Below, one piece after another: positions 9,134 through 17,022 of a DNA stretch of 64,000 nt. This DNA comes from Clostridia bacterium (GTDB lineage Bacteria; Bacillota; Clostridia; Christensenellales; Aristaeellaceae): NCBI GenBank assembly GCA_017549335.1, contig JAFYVB010000019.1:241-64240 (forward strand), given 5' to 3'. A program made the translations under genes and the position numbers. A model generated the notes under the pieces. The model was not told the DNA's origin and made no database searches. It saw only the letters and a program-made list of their open reading frames with translations. The first letter of the stretch is position 1; the number at the start of each line of letters is the position of its first letter.

Positions 9134-9200
9134 ATGGCGCGGAGAAACCCGCCATGCCAAGGCTTTCGAAATCCACCCGAAGCGCTGCTGCAACAAGTAA
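9134..9200 (+). repeat. att-like direct repeat copy 2 (degenerate)
   Basis: Aligns with 6050-6118 with two 1-nt gaps. The shared core is CCCGCCATG(G/C)CAAGGCTTTCGAA...GAAGCGCT...AAGTAA. Confidence 0.6.
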
Positions 9201-9231
9201 TTTAACCCAAATAAGCTAAAACGCCGATTTC

Positions 9232-9265
9232 AGAGGACGGTCCCGCGAGGGGCTGTCCTCTTTTG
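9232..9265 (+). terminator. intrinsic terminator after repeat copy 2
   Basis: GAGGACGGTCCC-GCGA-GGGGCTGTCCTC followed by TTTT. Confidence 0.5.
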
Positions 9266-9403
9266 GGTCTTGCTTCAGTCCTTGGCTTCTGCTGCCACCG
9301 CTCAGACCAGTTTCCTCTGTCACAACTCTTCAGTCACAACATTGGCTAAATTACAGGTGCAGCAGTTTCTTCTGTCAATTTTCCGTTTCAAAGAAAAGGG
9401 CAG

Positions 9404-9432
9404 TTGCCGCTTTCGTCATTATGTGGTAAAAT
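9404..9432 (+). promoter_or_regulatory. sigma-A-type promoter candidate
   Basis: TTGCCG, a 17-nt spacer, then TAAAAT with TGG immediately upstream (extended -10). Confidence 0.4.
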
Positions 9433-9484
9433 GCCTTATATCGGTGCTGAAAGGAGAAATTTAGTATTTGACGAAAGCCTGGGG

Positions 9485-9809
9485 ATGTACACCGCCAAGG
9501 TAAACGGCGTCACTGTAGCCTATGAGGATGAGGCTTCCGCCAACGATCTTGATCGGGCAAACACCGTTGCGAGCTTGTATTACAAGCGTCTTGACGAGAT
9601 CATTGCCTTCATGATGCCCGATCTTCGTGAGATGTACGGCGAAACAGATGCAAAAAACCGTAAAGGAAAACCTTGGCACGCCCATCGTTTATCCCGATAC
9701 GTGTGTTATTGAGTATCTTGATCATTCGCTGGACTATGAGCACATCTTCACGCTGGAGTTCTCCAATCCCGATTTTACCGGCTTTAAATACTTTTCTGTG
9801 GATGGCTGA
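9485..9809 (+). pseudogene. frameshifted hypothetical gene (A6 tract at 9651-9656)
   Basis: Two overlapping ORFs (9404..9712 and 9627..9809) join into one sensible protein if one A is removed: ...REMYGETDAK|TVKENLGTPIVYPD.... The start codon is uncertain. Confidence 0.55.
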
Positions 9810-9838
9810 TCAAAAAACTCATTAAACGAGGTGGCAAT

Positions 9839-10930
9839 ATGTTTTCTCTGCTTCCCTACAAAGCTCCCGACTTTACTCAGAAACAGTTTGTCGATGCGCC
9901 CGATGCCGTATTCGTTCCGGCGCCGGCTGACGGCGTTGCGCCCGAAAACTTCCATGCCATGAGCATCTTCCCCGAATACATGAAGGTAAACGGTGAATGG
10001 CTGCTGGCCGAGGAAAGCCGCATGGACTGCGGTGCCGTGCTGGAAAACGGCAAAATTGCCGTTAAGGAGTTCCGCCGCCTGAAGAAGGGCGATCTGGTGC
10101 TTGTCGGACGTACGGAAAACTGCGAAGACGGCATTTATATGTATGCCGATGGTTTTGAAGAAGAAAAGGCTACGAAGGATACCTTTGCCTTCCGGCAGAA
10201 TCGCAGCCGTGAAACGGCTTTTTCGAAAGATTATGACGATCTGTATGAGCTGCTCAAATATGAGCGCGATCACGGCAAGATCGTTTGGGTTATGGGCCCC
10301 GCCTTTTCCTTTGACCAGGACGCCCGCAACGCCATGAGCTGCCTGATCGAAAACGGCTATGTTCATGCCGTCCTTGCCGGTAATGCTTTGGCTACCCACG
10401 ATCTGGAAGGTGCATATCTGGGCACCGCGCTGGGACAGGATATTTACACCCATGTTTCCCAGCCCAACGGCCACTACAATCACCTGCAGACCATCAATCG
10501 CGTTCGCTATCACGGCAGCATTGCCAACTTCATCCGTGAAGAAGGCATCGACAACGGCATTGTGTATAACTGTGAAAAATATGGCGTTCCCTATGTGCTG
10601 GGCGGCTCCATCCGCGATGACGGTCCTCTCCCACCTGTTTACGGCGACGTTTACGCCGCGCAGGACGCCATGCGCAACGAGATCAAGAGCGCTACCACGG
10701 TAATCTGCCTTGCCACCATGCTGCACACCATTGCTGTTGGCAATATGACGCCCTCTTACCGTGTTCTGGCGGACGGCACCGTGCGCCAGGTATACTTCTA
10801 TTGTGTGGACGTCAGCGAGTTCACCGTTAACAAGCTGGCTGACCGCGGCAGCCTCAGCGCCCGCGGCATCGTTACCAACGTGCAGGACTTCGCCGCACTG
10901 GTGCAGAAAGGTCTTGGACTGAACAAATAA
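9839..10930 (+). CDS. conserved protein, LOR/SDH-type (TIGR00300-like, deoxyhypusine-synthase-like fold; possible ornithine cyclodeaminase-type enzyme)
   Basis: GAGGTGG RBS. The motif block GPAFSFD...LAGNALATHDLE...GTALG is recalled from the LOR/SDH conserved region. The product assignment is tentative. Confidence 0.55.
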   Translation: MFSLLPYKAPDFTQKQFVDAPDAVFVPAPADGVAPENFHAMSIFPEYMKVNGEWLLAEESRMDCGAVLENGKIAVKEFRRLKKGDLVLVGRTENCEDGIYMYADGFEEEKATKDTFAFRQNRSRETAFSKDYDDLYELLKYERDHGKIVWVMGPAFSFDQDARNAMSCLIENGYVHAVLAGNALATHDLEGAYLGTALGQDIYTHVSQPNGHYNHLQTINRVRYHGSIANFIREEGIDNGIVYNCEKYGVPYVLGGSIRDDGPLPPVYGDVYAAQDAMRNEIKSATTVICLATMLHTIAVGNMTPSYRVLADGTVRQVYFYCVDVSEFTVNKLADRGSLSARGIVTNVQDFAALVQKGLGLNK

Positions 10931-10943
10931 TCGCCTAAAACAA

Positions 10944-10975
10944 AGAAGCCCGCAAGGGCTTCTTTCATTTGTTTG
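10944..10975. terminator. hairpin between convergent genes
   Basis: GAAGCCC-GCAA-GGGCTTC followed by a T-rich tract. It overlaps the AraC stop codon. Confidence 0.5.
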
Positions 10976-11774
10976 AAAATGACCGCACGATCATTTGTTT
11001 GGGTGACAGAGCGTATTTCTTTTTGAAAACCTTGGAAAAGTACAGTGCATCCGAATATCCGCAGCGTTCTGCGATTTCACGCACGTTTCCTGCTCCGCCT
11101 TCGATCAGCTTCAAAGCATATTCGAGTCGGCGCTCCTGAAGGTATTCCGTAAAGCTAATACGCACCATTCTTTTAAATGCAGCAGAAAGATACTTTGGAT
11201 GAAAAGCAAATCTTTGACTGAGAAAGGATAGATTCAGCGTGCTGTCTGTAAAGTGACCATCAACATAGCGCTTCACCTGCAAAATTCCATTCATTTTTTC
11301 ATCCGGATGCATTTCATCTTTTTTCAAGCACAAATGCGAAAAAGTGTAAAGAAGTATCCCCTCACAAATCAGATCAAGATTTTCCTCTGTTACGGCGACA
11401 AAAGCATTTTCCCACAGCGGACGTATCGAATCGTAGCCGTGATACACCGGCTTTGTACGTGGCGAATCAATTCGATCAATCAGTGCCGCAGCCCTGCTTC
11501 CAACAAAAGTAATATAGATATACTCCAGACAGTTAGCATTCTCAATGTAATACGAATTGGCAGCAAGAATGACGAAGATATCCCCTGATGTCAAGTCATA
11601 CTCCGTACCGTTGGTATGCAGCTTTCCCTCTCCATGCGTTACGAAAGCCAAAGAATAAGTAGATGGCAAAATGGGTTTTTGTTCAAATTGAGCATTTCTC
11701 TCATACACAAAATGAACGATGTTGATCTCCTCCGCAGAGACTCTGCCCGAAACAAATTTGCAAATATTATCCAT
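10965..11774 (-). CDS. AraC-family transcriptional regulator (cupin + HTH)
   Basis: C-terminal HTH REIAERCGYSDALYFSKVFKKKYALSP. GAGGTG RBS. Confidence 0.9.
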   Translation of the reverse strand: MDNICKFVSGRVSAEEINIVHFVYERNAQFEQKPILPSTYSLAFVTHGEGKLHTNGTEYDLTSGDIFVILAANSYYIENANCLEYIYITFVGSRAAALIDRIDSPRTKPVYHGYDSIRPLWENAFVAVTEENLDLICEGILLYTFSHLCLKKDEMHPDEKMNGILQVKRYVDGHFTDSTLNLSFLSQRFAFHPKYLSAAFKRMVRISFTEYLQERRLEYALKLIEGGAGNVREIAERCGYSDALYFSKVFKKKYALSPKQMIVRSFSNK

Positions 11775-11921
11775 AGCAGCACCTCACCATTTAATTATAC
11801 GGCTCAATCATAAATCGTCAACCGAAAACATTACTATATTCCATATTTTTATGGTATTTATCCATTCATTTGGCTTTAATGTTACCGTATAATGAAACTG
11901 ATCATTTTCTCTGGAGGCGGT

Positions 11922-13175
11922 ATGATGAATAAATGTAAAATCGGCGTTGTTGGCGTAGGACGCGGCATGATGATGCGCAAATATTGCGAAGATGCCGAAA
12001 ACGCGCAGATCGTTGCCATCTGCGATATCTGGGAGGAAGGTCTTGAAAAGGCCAAAGCAAAGCTTGGCACAGACAGCGTTACTTACTACACGGACTATAC
12101 CGAGTTTTTGAAGCACGATATGGACGCCGTTCTTTTGGCCAACTACGCCACCGAGCACGCGCCCTTTGCCATTGCTGCTATGAAAGCCGGCAAGGACGTG
12201 ATCAGCGAAGTATTGCCCGCACAAAATATGGCGGAAGCGGTTGCTCTGATCGAATGTGTGGAAGAAACGGGCCGCAAATATTGCTATGCCGAAAACTATT
12301 GCTTTATGGGCGGTCCTCTGGAAATGCGCAAAAAATATCTGGACGGCACGCTGGGCACCTTTGAATACGGCGAAGGCGAATATATGCATAACTGCGAGCC
12401 TCTGTGGCCCCGCATCACCTACGGTCAGCCCGAACACTGGCGCAATAATATCTCCGCATTCTTTTACTGCACTCACTCGGTGGGCCCGCTGCTGCACATC
12501 ACCGGCATGCGCCCTGTCAGCGTGGTAGGCTTTGAATGTCCCTTTAACGAGCGCATGGCTCGCATGGGCGCAAAAGCCGGCAATACGGCCATCGAAATGG
12601 TCACGCTGGAAAACGGTGCGGTTGTAAAAAGTCTGCACGGCCTTGGCTGCTCCAAGGATTCCATCTGGTATTCGGTATACGGCAGCAAGGGACGCATGGA
12701 AACAGCCCGTGAAGATGCGGAATGCGGCAATATGAACCGTGTTTATGAGAATCTTGACGCTTACAGCGGCGAAAACAAGAACAACCCCACCAGTCATATG
12801 TATGAAGACGAGCTTCTTTTGAAGGGCGCCAAGCACGGTCATGGCGGCAGCGATTATATTTGTCTTTATTACGCCGTCGAATACATCCGCGGCGATAAAA
12901 CCGCTGATATCGTGGACGTTTACGAAGCCGTTGATATGTGGATGTGCGGACAGTTCGGTTATTTTTCCGTTCTGGACGGAGGCTGCGTAAAGCAGATCCC
13001 CAATCTGCGCGTCAAAGCAGAGCGCGATGCATGGCGGAACGACCTGCGCTGCACCGATCCCGCCGTCGCCAAGGATCAGCTGCTGCCCAGCTATTCCAAG
13101 GGCAATCCCGACATCGATCCGGCCATCTACGATTACTGGAAAGAAAAATGGGAAGAAGTAAAGGATAAAAAATAA
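11922..13175 (+). CDS. Gfo/Idh/MocA-family oxidoreductase
   Basis: N-terminal Rossmann motif KIGVVGVGRG. GGAGG lies 5 nt upstream of ATG 11922. Confidence 0.9.
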   Translation: MMNKCKIGVVGVGRGMMMRKYCEDAENAQIVAICDIWEEGLEKAKAKLGTDSVTYYTDYTEFLKHDMDAVLLANYATEHAPFAIAAMKAGKDVISEVLPAQNMAEAVALIECVEETGRKYCYAENYCFMGGPLEMRKKYLDGTLGTFEYGEGEYMHNCEPLWPRITYGQPEHWRNNISAFFYCTHSVGPLLHITGMRPVSVVGFECPFNERMARMGAKAGNTAIEMVTLENGAVVKSLHGLGCSKDSIWYSVYGSKGRMETAREDAECGNMNRVYENLDAYSGENKNNPTSHMYEDELLLKGAKHGHGGSDYICLYYAVEYIRGDKTADIVDVYEAVDMWMCGQFGYFSVLDGGCVKQIPNLRVKAERDAWRNDLRCTDPAVAKDQLLPSYSKGNPDIDPAIYDYWKEKWEEVKDKK

Positions 13176-13185
13176 AACACATAAA

Positions 13186-13216
13186 AAGCCGCAGCGCAAA
13201 TGCTGCGGCTTTATTT
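13186..13216. terminator. bidirectional terminator
   Basis: AAGCCGCAGC-N6-GCTGCGGCTT, flanked by an A-run and a T-run. Confidence 0.6.
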
Positions 13217-14266
13217 CATAATCAGTGAAGGAATACCGGCTTGCACATATCCTCGGTAAAGGATACTCTCAAAGTCTCCGTACACAAGGTTTTGAGGCAG
13301 TTTGCCCAGCGCCGAAATCAGCATATCATCGGTCGGGATGTCCTTCAGATCGTAATATGCACCATAATCACGATTTCCGGGCAATTCACTTATCAGATGC
13401 GCGGTTTCCTTTGCATCAAGGGTACGCAAATCTCCAAGACACTGTACCTCTGCGCCTGAATTGCCGATATAAAGCTTGCAGTCAGCATGTACCGTCAGAT
13501 ACGTTTCTTCCTGAGGCTGCGTATACCGCGCAGACCAATCAATACCCTGTCTGATTTTGTCCATCGCCGAAGCAATCGTATTTTCCGAGGCTTCTCTGAG
13601 AATATTTCCCCCATTCTGACGCCATTGCGTCAGATGCCCGCGTATTTTTTCAATATCCTCCAATCTCGCCCGATGAGGCTCGAAATCCATCATGTTTTGA
13701 TGGGGGGTGAATATGGGAATTGCAAAATAAATACTTTCAGGGCAGATCCGTTCAATCGTTTGGGTAATTGCCTCTGCATCCATGGGAAAATAGCGATTCA
13801 TCATCAGCGAGACACTGACAGACGCACCCAATGAACGGGCATACAAAGCCGATTCAACAGCCTTTTGATGCGCGCCTTTCCGTCTGACTATTTCATCGTG
13901 ATGATGGGAATCCCCGTGGAGCGTGATCCCAAAGTCTTTATAGCCTTTTTCAAGATAAGAGCGAAGGACGTTGGCCTTATCATCACGGCGCATCAAGGCA
14001 ATACCCGTCGTCATGCCGTGATGATAGTATACGGCTTTCCTTGTTTCAGATACCGCCTGTACGATCCTAAGAATCTCCGGATGATTTATCGGTTCATGGT
14101 CCAGTGTATAGGACAATTCTGCAGGAAGGTATTCCGCTATCTCATCCAGTTTATTCAAGCATCCGATCACATCTTCCAGCGCCATCATCGGCGCAGGGCC
14201 GCCATTTACATAGCAATGCATGCATCGGGTATTACACCCCGATACAAGAATATCAAAATTGATCAT
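13211..14266 (-). CDS. radical SAM protein
   Basis: N-terminal CxxxCxxC motif (GCNTRCMHCY). No SPASM-type Cys cluster was seen. Confidence 0.8.
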   Translation of the reverse strand: MINFDILVSGCNTRCMHCYVNGGPAPMMALEDVIGCLNKLDEIAEYLPAELSYTLDHEPINHPEILRIVQAVSETRKAVYYHHGMTTGIALMRRDDKANVLRSYLEKGYKDFGITLHGDSHHHDEIVRRKGAHQKAVESALYARSLGASVSVSLMMNRYFPMDAEAITQTIERICPESIYFAIPIFTPHQNMMDFEPHRARLEDIEKIRGHLTQWRQNGGNILREASENTIASAMDKIRQGIDWSARYTQPQEETYLTVHADCKLYIGNSGAEVQCLGDLRTLDAKETAHLISELPGNRDYGAYYDLKDIPTDDMLISALGKLPQNLVYGDFESILYRGYVQAGIPSLIMK

Positions 14267-14279
14267 TTGTTTCTTTCCG

Positions 14280-15320
14280 TCAAATATTCAGCACATACGC
14301 CAGCATCAGGTTCGTCGTGTTAAGAAGACTTAGAGTGTGCGTGCGCTCGCGGCCGTGGCTGCAGTAAACGGGCATACCGAAGGCGGCAGCCGAAATATTG
14401 TTGCTGCAGGTCAGGGCAGTGGAGGCATCCGTGGAATAGCGGAAGAAAATATCCACCGCATAGTCGCACTCCGCCTTTTCAGCGTAATTGATCAGGCGCG
14501 TCACCAGATCATAGGTATAGGGCGCTTTTCTGTCCTTTGCACAGATCGTCACGCAGCGCTCATGGCCATCGTTGTCAGGGCCGATCAGGCCGATATCAAT
14601 CGCCACATATTCCGATACCTCCGGCGGCACCCAGGGACCGCCAAGGCCGATTTCTTCGGCAAAGGTAAAGGCGATCATTGTTCTGAAAGCAGGCTTCAGA
14701 TCATTTTCCCTGAGGTATTTCAGCATCGCAAACACGCAGGCGATCGCTGCTTTGTCATCAATAAAACGGGATTTGATATAGCCGTTTTTCGTGAATTCGC
14801 AGCACGGCTCCACGCTGATCACATCGCCGTGGCGGATGCCCATCTTCTGCACATCCTCTTTGCTGTGAATATCCTCATCCAGCAGCACGATCATGGTATC
14901 ATCGCTGCGTTCCAGCGTGCGTGCATTCTCAAACACATGGGTGGAGTGGGATTGACAAGCCAGCAGACCCGTATATTCACGCCCGTCACGGGTATGCACC
15001 GTCACAGAGGAGCCTTCCGCACTGATGTATTGCATTCCCCCAAGGCTTCTCACGCGGATTTTTCCATCCGCGTCGATGCGGCGAACGACCATGCCAAGGG
15101 TATCCCAGTGCGCGGAAAGCAGCACAGTTTTGCTGTTGTCCTCGCCTTCAACGGTCAGATATCCCGTGCCGCGGCGGTCATAGGTGATGCCAAACCCAAG
15201 CTGAGAAGCCATTTCCTCAAGAACGGGATTTACCTTCACGCCGTAGCCTACGGGGCTGGGCGTGTGCACAAGGCGTTCAAAGCAATTCAGCAAATATTTT
15301 TCATCAATCCGGAATTTCAT
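14280..15320 (-). CDS. M42-family metallopeptidase (glutamyl aminopeptidase/FrvX-like)
   Basis: Family-typical N-terminus, plus LLSAHWDTLGMVV and DDKAAIA motifs. Confidence 0.85.
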   Translation of the reverse strand: MKFRIDEKYLLNCFERLVHTPSPVGYGVKVNPVLEEMASQLGFGITYDRRGTGYLTVEGEDNSKTVLLSAHWDTLGMVVRRIDADGKIRVRSLGGMQYISAEGSSVTVHTRDGREYTGLLACQSHSTHVFENARTLERSDDTMIVLLDEDIHSKEDVQKMGIRHGDVISVEPCCEFTKNGYIKSRFIDDKAAIACVFAMLKYLRENDLKPAFRTMIAFTFAEEIGLGGPWVPPEVSEYVAIDIGLIGPDNDGHERCVTICAKDRKAPYTYDLVTRLINYAEKAECDYAVDIFFRYSTDASTALTCSNNISAAAFGMPVYCSHGRERTHTLSLLNTTNLMLAYVLNI

Positions 15321-15321
15321 T

Positions 15322-15999
15322 TTACAACGCTCCGATCACTTCGTTTACGATCTCAATGCAGATCGCAGCCGCTTCATCAACCGTCTGGGTAAATTCCTCC
15401 GCGCCACCTGTAATACCGTCGCTGACCACCTTGATCATCATGCAGGGAACATTGTTGCGGTCACAGGTCATGGCGATGCCTGCAGCTTCCATTTCGCAGA
15501 TCTCTGCGCCGTAACGGCGGTTGAGATCGCGCTTGGCTTCAGGATCGGCAATAAACTTGTCGCCCGATGCGCAGATGACAGGCTTCAGTTCGGGATACAT
15601 TTCCCTTGCCTTGTCAAACAGAGCCTTATCAACGGGAATATACACGTCGGGATACTTCAGATAGCGGCCGACTTCACAGTTGTCCACAGCGCTGGTATCG
15701 AAATCGTAATGCACGACTTTTTCAACGACAGCCGTTTTGGTCTTGCCCATTTCTTCGGTCAGGCCGCCGACCACGCCGAAGTTGACGATCATATCCACAC
15801 GGTATTCGCTGATCAGATACTGGGTGCCGGAGGCCGCGGAGATCTCGCCCGCACCGCAATTGAGAATGATCAGTTCGTACTGCGGGGTTTTGTATTCAAG
15901 CACTCTGTAGCCGCAAACGTTCTTTTCCTGCAGCGCATCACCGTACTTGTCCAGAACGGCCTTAATTTCCACTGCAACGATCATACCAATCTTTTTCAT
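15322..15999 (-). CDS. 5'-methylthioadenosine/S-adenosylhomocysteine nucleosidase family (PNP_UDP_1)
   Basis: MKKIGMIVAVEIK..., GVVGGL and CEMEAAGIA motifs. AAGGAG RBS. One nt separates its stop from the next gene. Confidence 0.8.
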   Translation of the reverse strand: MKKIGMIVAVEIKAVLDKYGDALQEKNVCGYRVLEYKTPQYELIILNCGAGEISAASGTQYLISEYRVDMIVNFGVVGGLTEEMGKTKTAVVEKVVHYDFDTSAVDNCEVGRYLKYPDVYIPVDKALFDKAREMYPELKPVICASGDKFIADPEAKRDLNRRYGAEICEMEAAGIAMTCDRNNVPCMMIKVVSDGITGGAEEFTQTVDEAAAICIEIVNEVIGAL

Positions 16000-16011
16000 G
16001 TGTATATCTCC

Positions 16012-16914
16012 TTATTCCTCATAACAATCATAGGCTTCGAGGATGGCTTTGCCGATTTCATAGAGCATTTCTTCGGCTTTGATGCGTACATTAAGAGGCG
16101 CAGTTCTCAGGGCATTTCCCCGCTCGCTGTCGCGGCGCTTATCGGCAGGGAGGAAGATATTGGCTTCAAAGGTAAAATACCCCTTATAGCCGATATCCTT
16201 CAGTCCGTTCATGACAGCATCCAGGCTCATGGTACCCATAAACGGGAAAAAATGCGAATCGTGATCGCCCATATTATCCTGAATGTGCAGGGCATACACA
16301 TGATGCCCCACAATGCGCAGCGCTTCATCCTGAGGCATATCCTGCAAATTGGCGTGCCCCGCATCCCATACGGCGTGGAAATAAGGATGATCCACATAAT
16401 CGATCAGTGCCCGCAGATCAACAGCGTTATCCACCCAGAAAACGCCTTCTTTGTACATTTTATTGAAGTTTTCCGTCAGGATATACACGCCCTTTTCCTG
16501 CGCCAAAGGCAGAAGACGCATATAAAACTCCTTGTTGCGTTCAAAGCACTCTTCTTTTGTCAGGCCGTATTCATAGCCCGAATGAACGACCATGCGGTCA
16601 ATCCCCAGCAGAGCACAGCATTCGATGCACCGCTTGTTAACCTCGATAAAGGGCTCGTAGTTTTCTCCCTTAACAATGGGCGTACCCATGGGTGCATGGG
16701 ACTGAACAAAACGGATTCCCATCTCATCGGCAGCCTTTTTCAGTTTTTTCATCTCGGCCTGCCAATTATCGGAAAAAGCGCCGGTACCGTTCCGGTAATC
16801 GATACCGAAATTATAATCGGCATATTTGAAACCGGCTTTTCGGATATAACGGATGCATTCTTCCTGAGAAATCGTATAGCGCCCGAAATCACCGGTTGTA
16901 GTTGCAAGTTTCAT
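16012..16914 (-). CDS. sugar phosphate isomerase/epimerase (xylose-isomerase-like TIM barrel)
   Basis: Family-typical HAP...VVH...ENF...DAGHAN pattern. RBS AAGGGGTGA. Confidence 0.85.
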   Translation of the reverse strand: MKLATTTGDFGRYTISQEECIRYIRKAGFKYADYNFGIDYRNGTGAFSDNWQAEMKKLKKAADEMGIRFVQSHAPMGTPIVKGENYEPFIEVNKRCIECCALLGIDRMVVHSGYEYGLTKEECFERNKEFYMRLLPLAQEKGVYILTENFNKMYKEGVFWVDNAVDLRALIDYVDHPYFHAVWDAGHANLQDMPQDEALRIVGHHVYALHIQDNMGDHDSHFFPFMGTMSLDAVMNGLKDIGYKGYFTFEANIFLPADKRRDSERGNALRTAPLNVRIKAEEMLYEIGKAILEAYDCYEE

Positions 16915-16982
16915 TGTATTTTCACCCCTTTACGATTATTATAAACCGATATACGCACAAGTCAAGCACCGAATAACAGAAA

Positions 16983-17008
16983 AAGCCCGCATCCGTAGAT
17001 GCGGGCTT
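16983..17008 (-). terminator. terminator downstream of the C69 peptidase gene
   Basis: AAGCCCGCATC-N4-GATGCGGGCTT with a T-run on the minus strand. Confidence 0.5.
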
Positions 17009-17022
17009 CAAAATATACAGCG

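Larger units (their letters stand above)
6119..9200. mobile_element. integrase-less island remnant or satellite segment between the two repeat copies
   Basis: Bracketed by repeat copies 6050-6118 and 9134-9200. It is AT-richer than the core and carries a compact co-oriented gene cassette. Confidence 0.4.

Noticed and set aside
8565-9176. 203-aa minus-strand ORF spanning the kinase 3' end, an intergenic region and the small membrane gene
   Set aside because: It crosses an intergenic region and two co-oriented plus-strand genes. It has no RBS and no motif.
11808-13199. 463-aa minus-strand ORF covering the whole Gfo/Idh/MocA gene
   Set aside because: It is a mirror-frame shadow ORF of a well-motifed plus-strand gene in GC-rich DNA. 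It has no RBS and an antisense-type composition rich in G, A, V, H and F.
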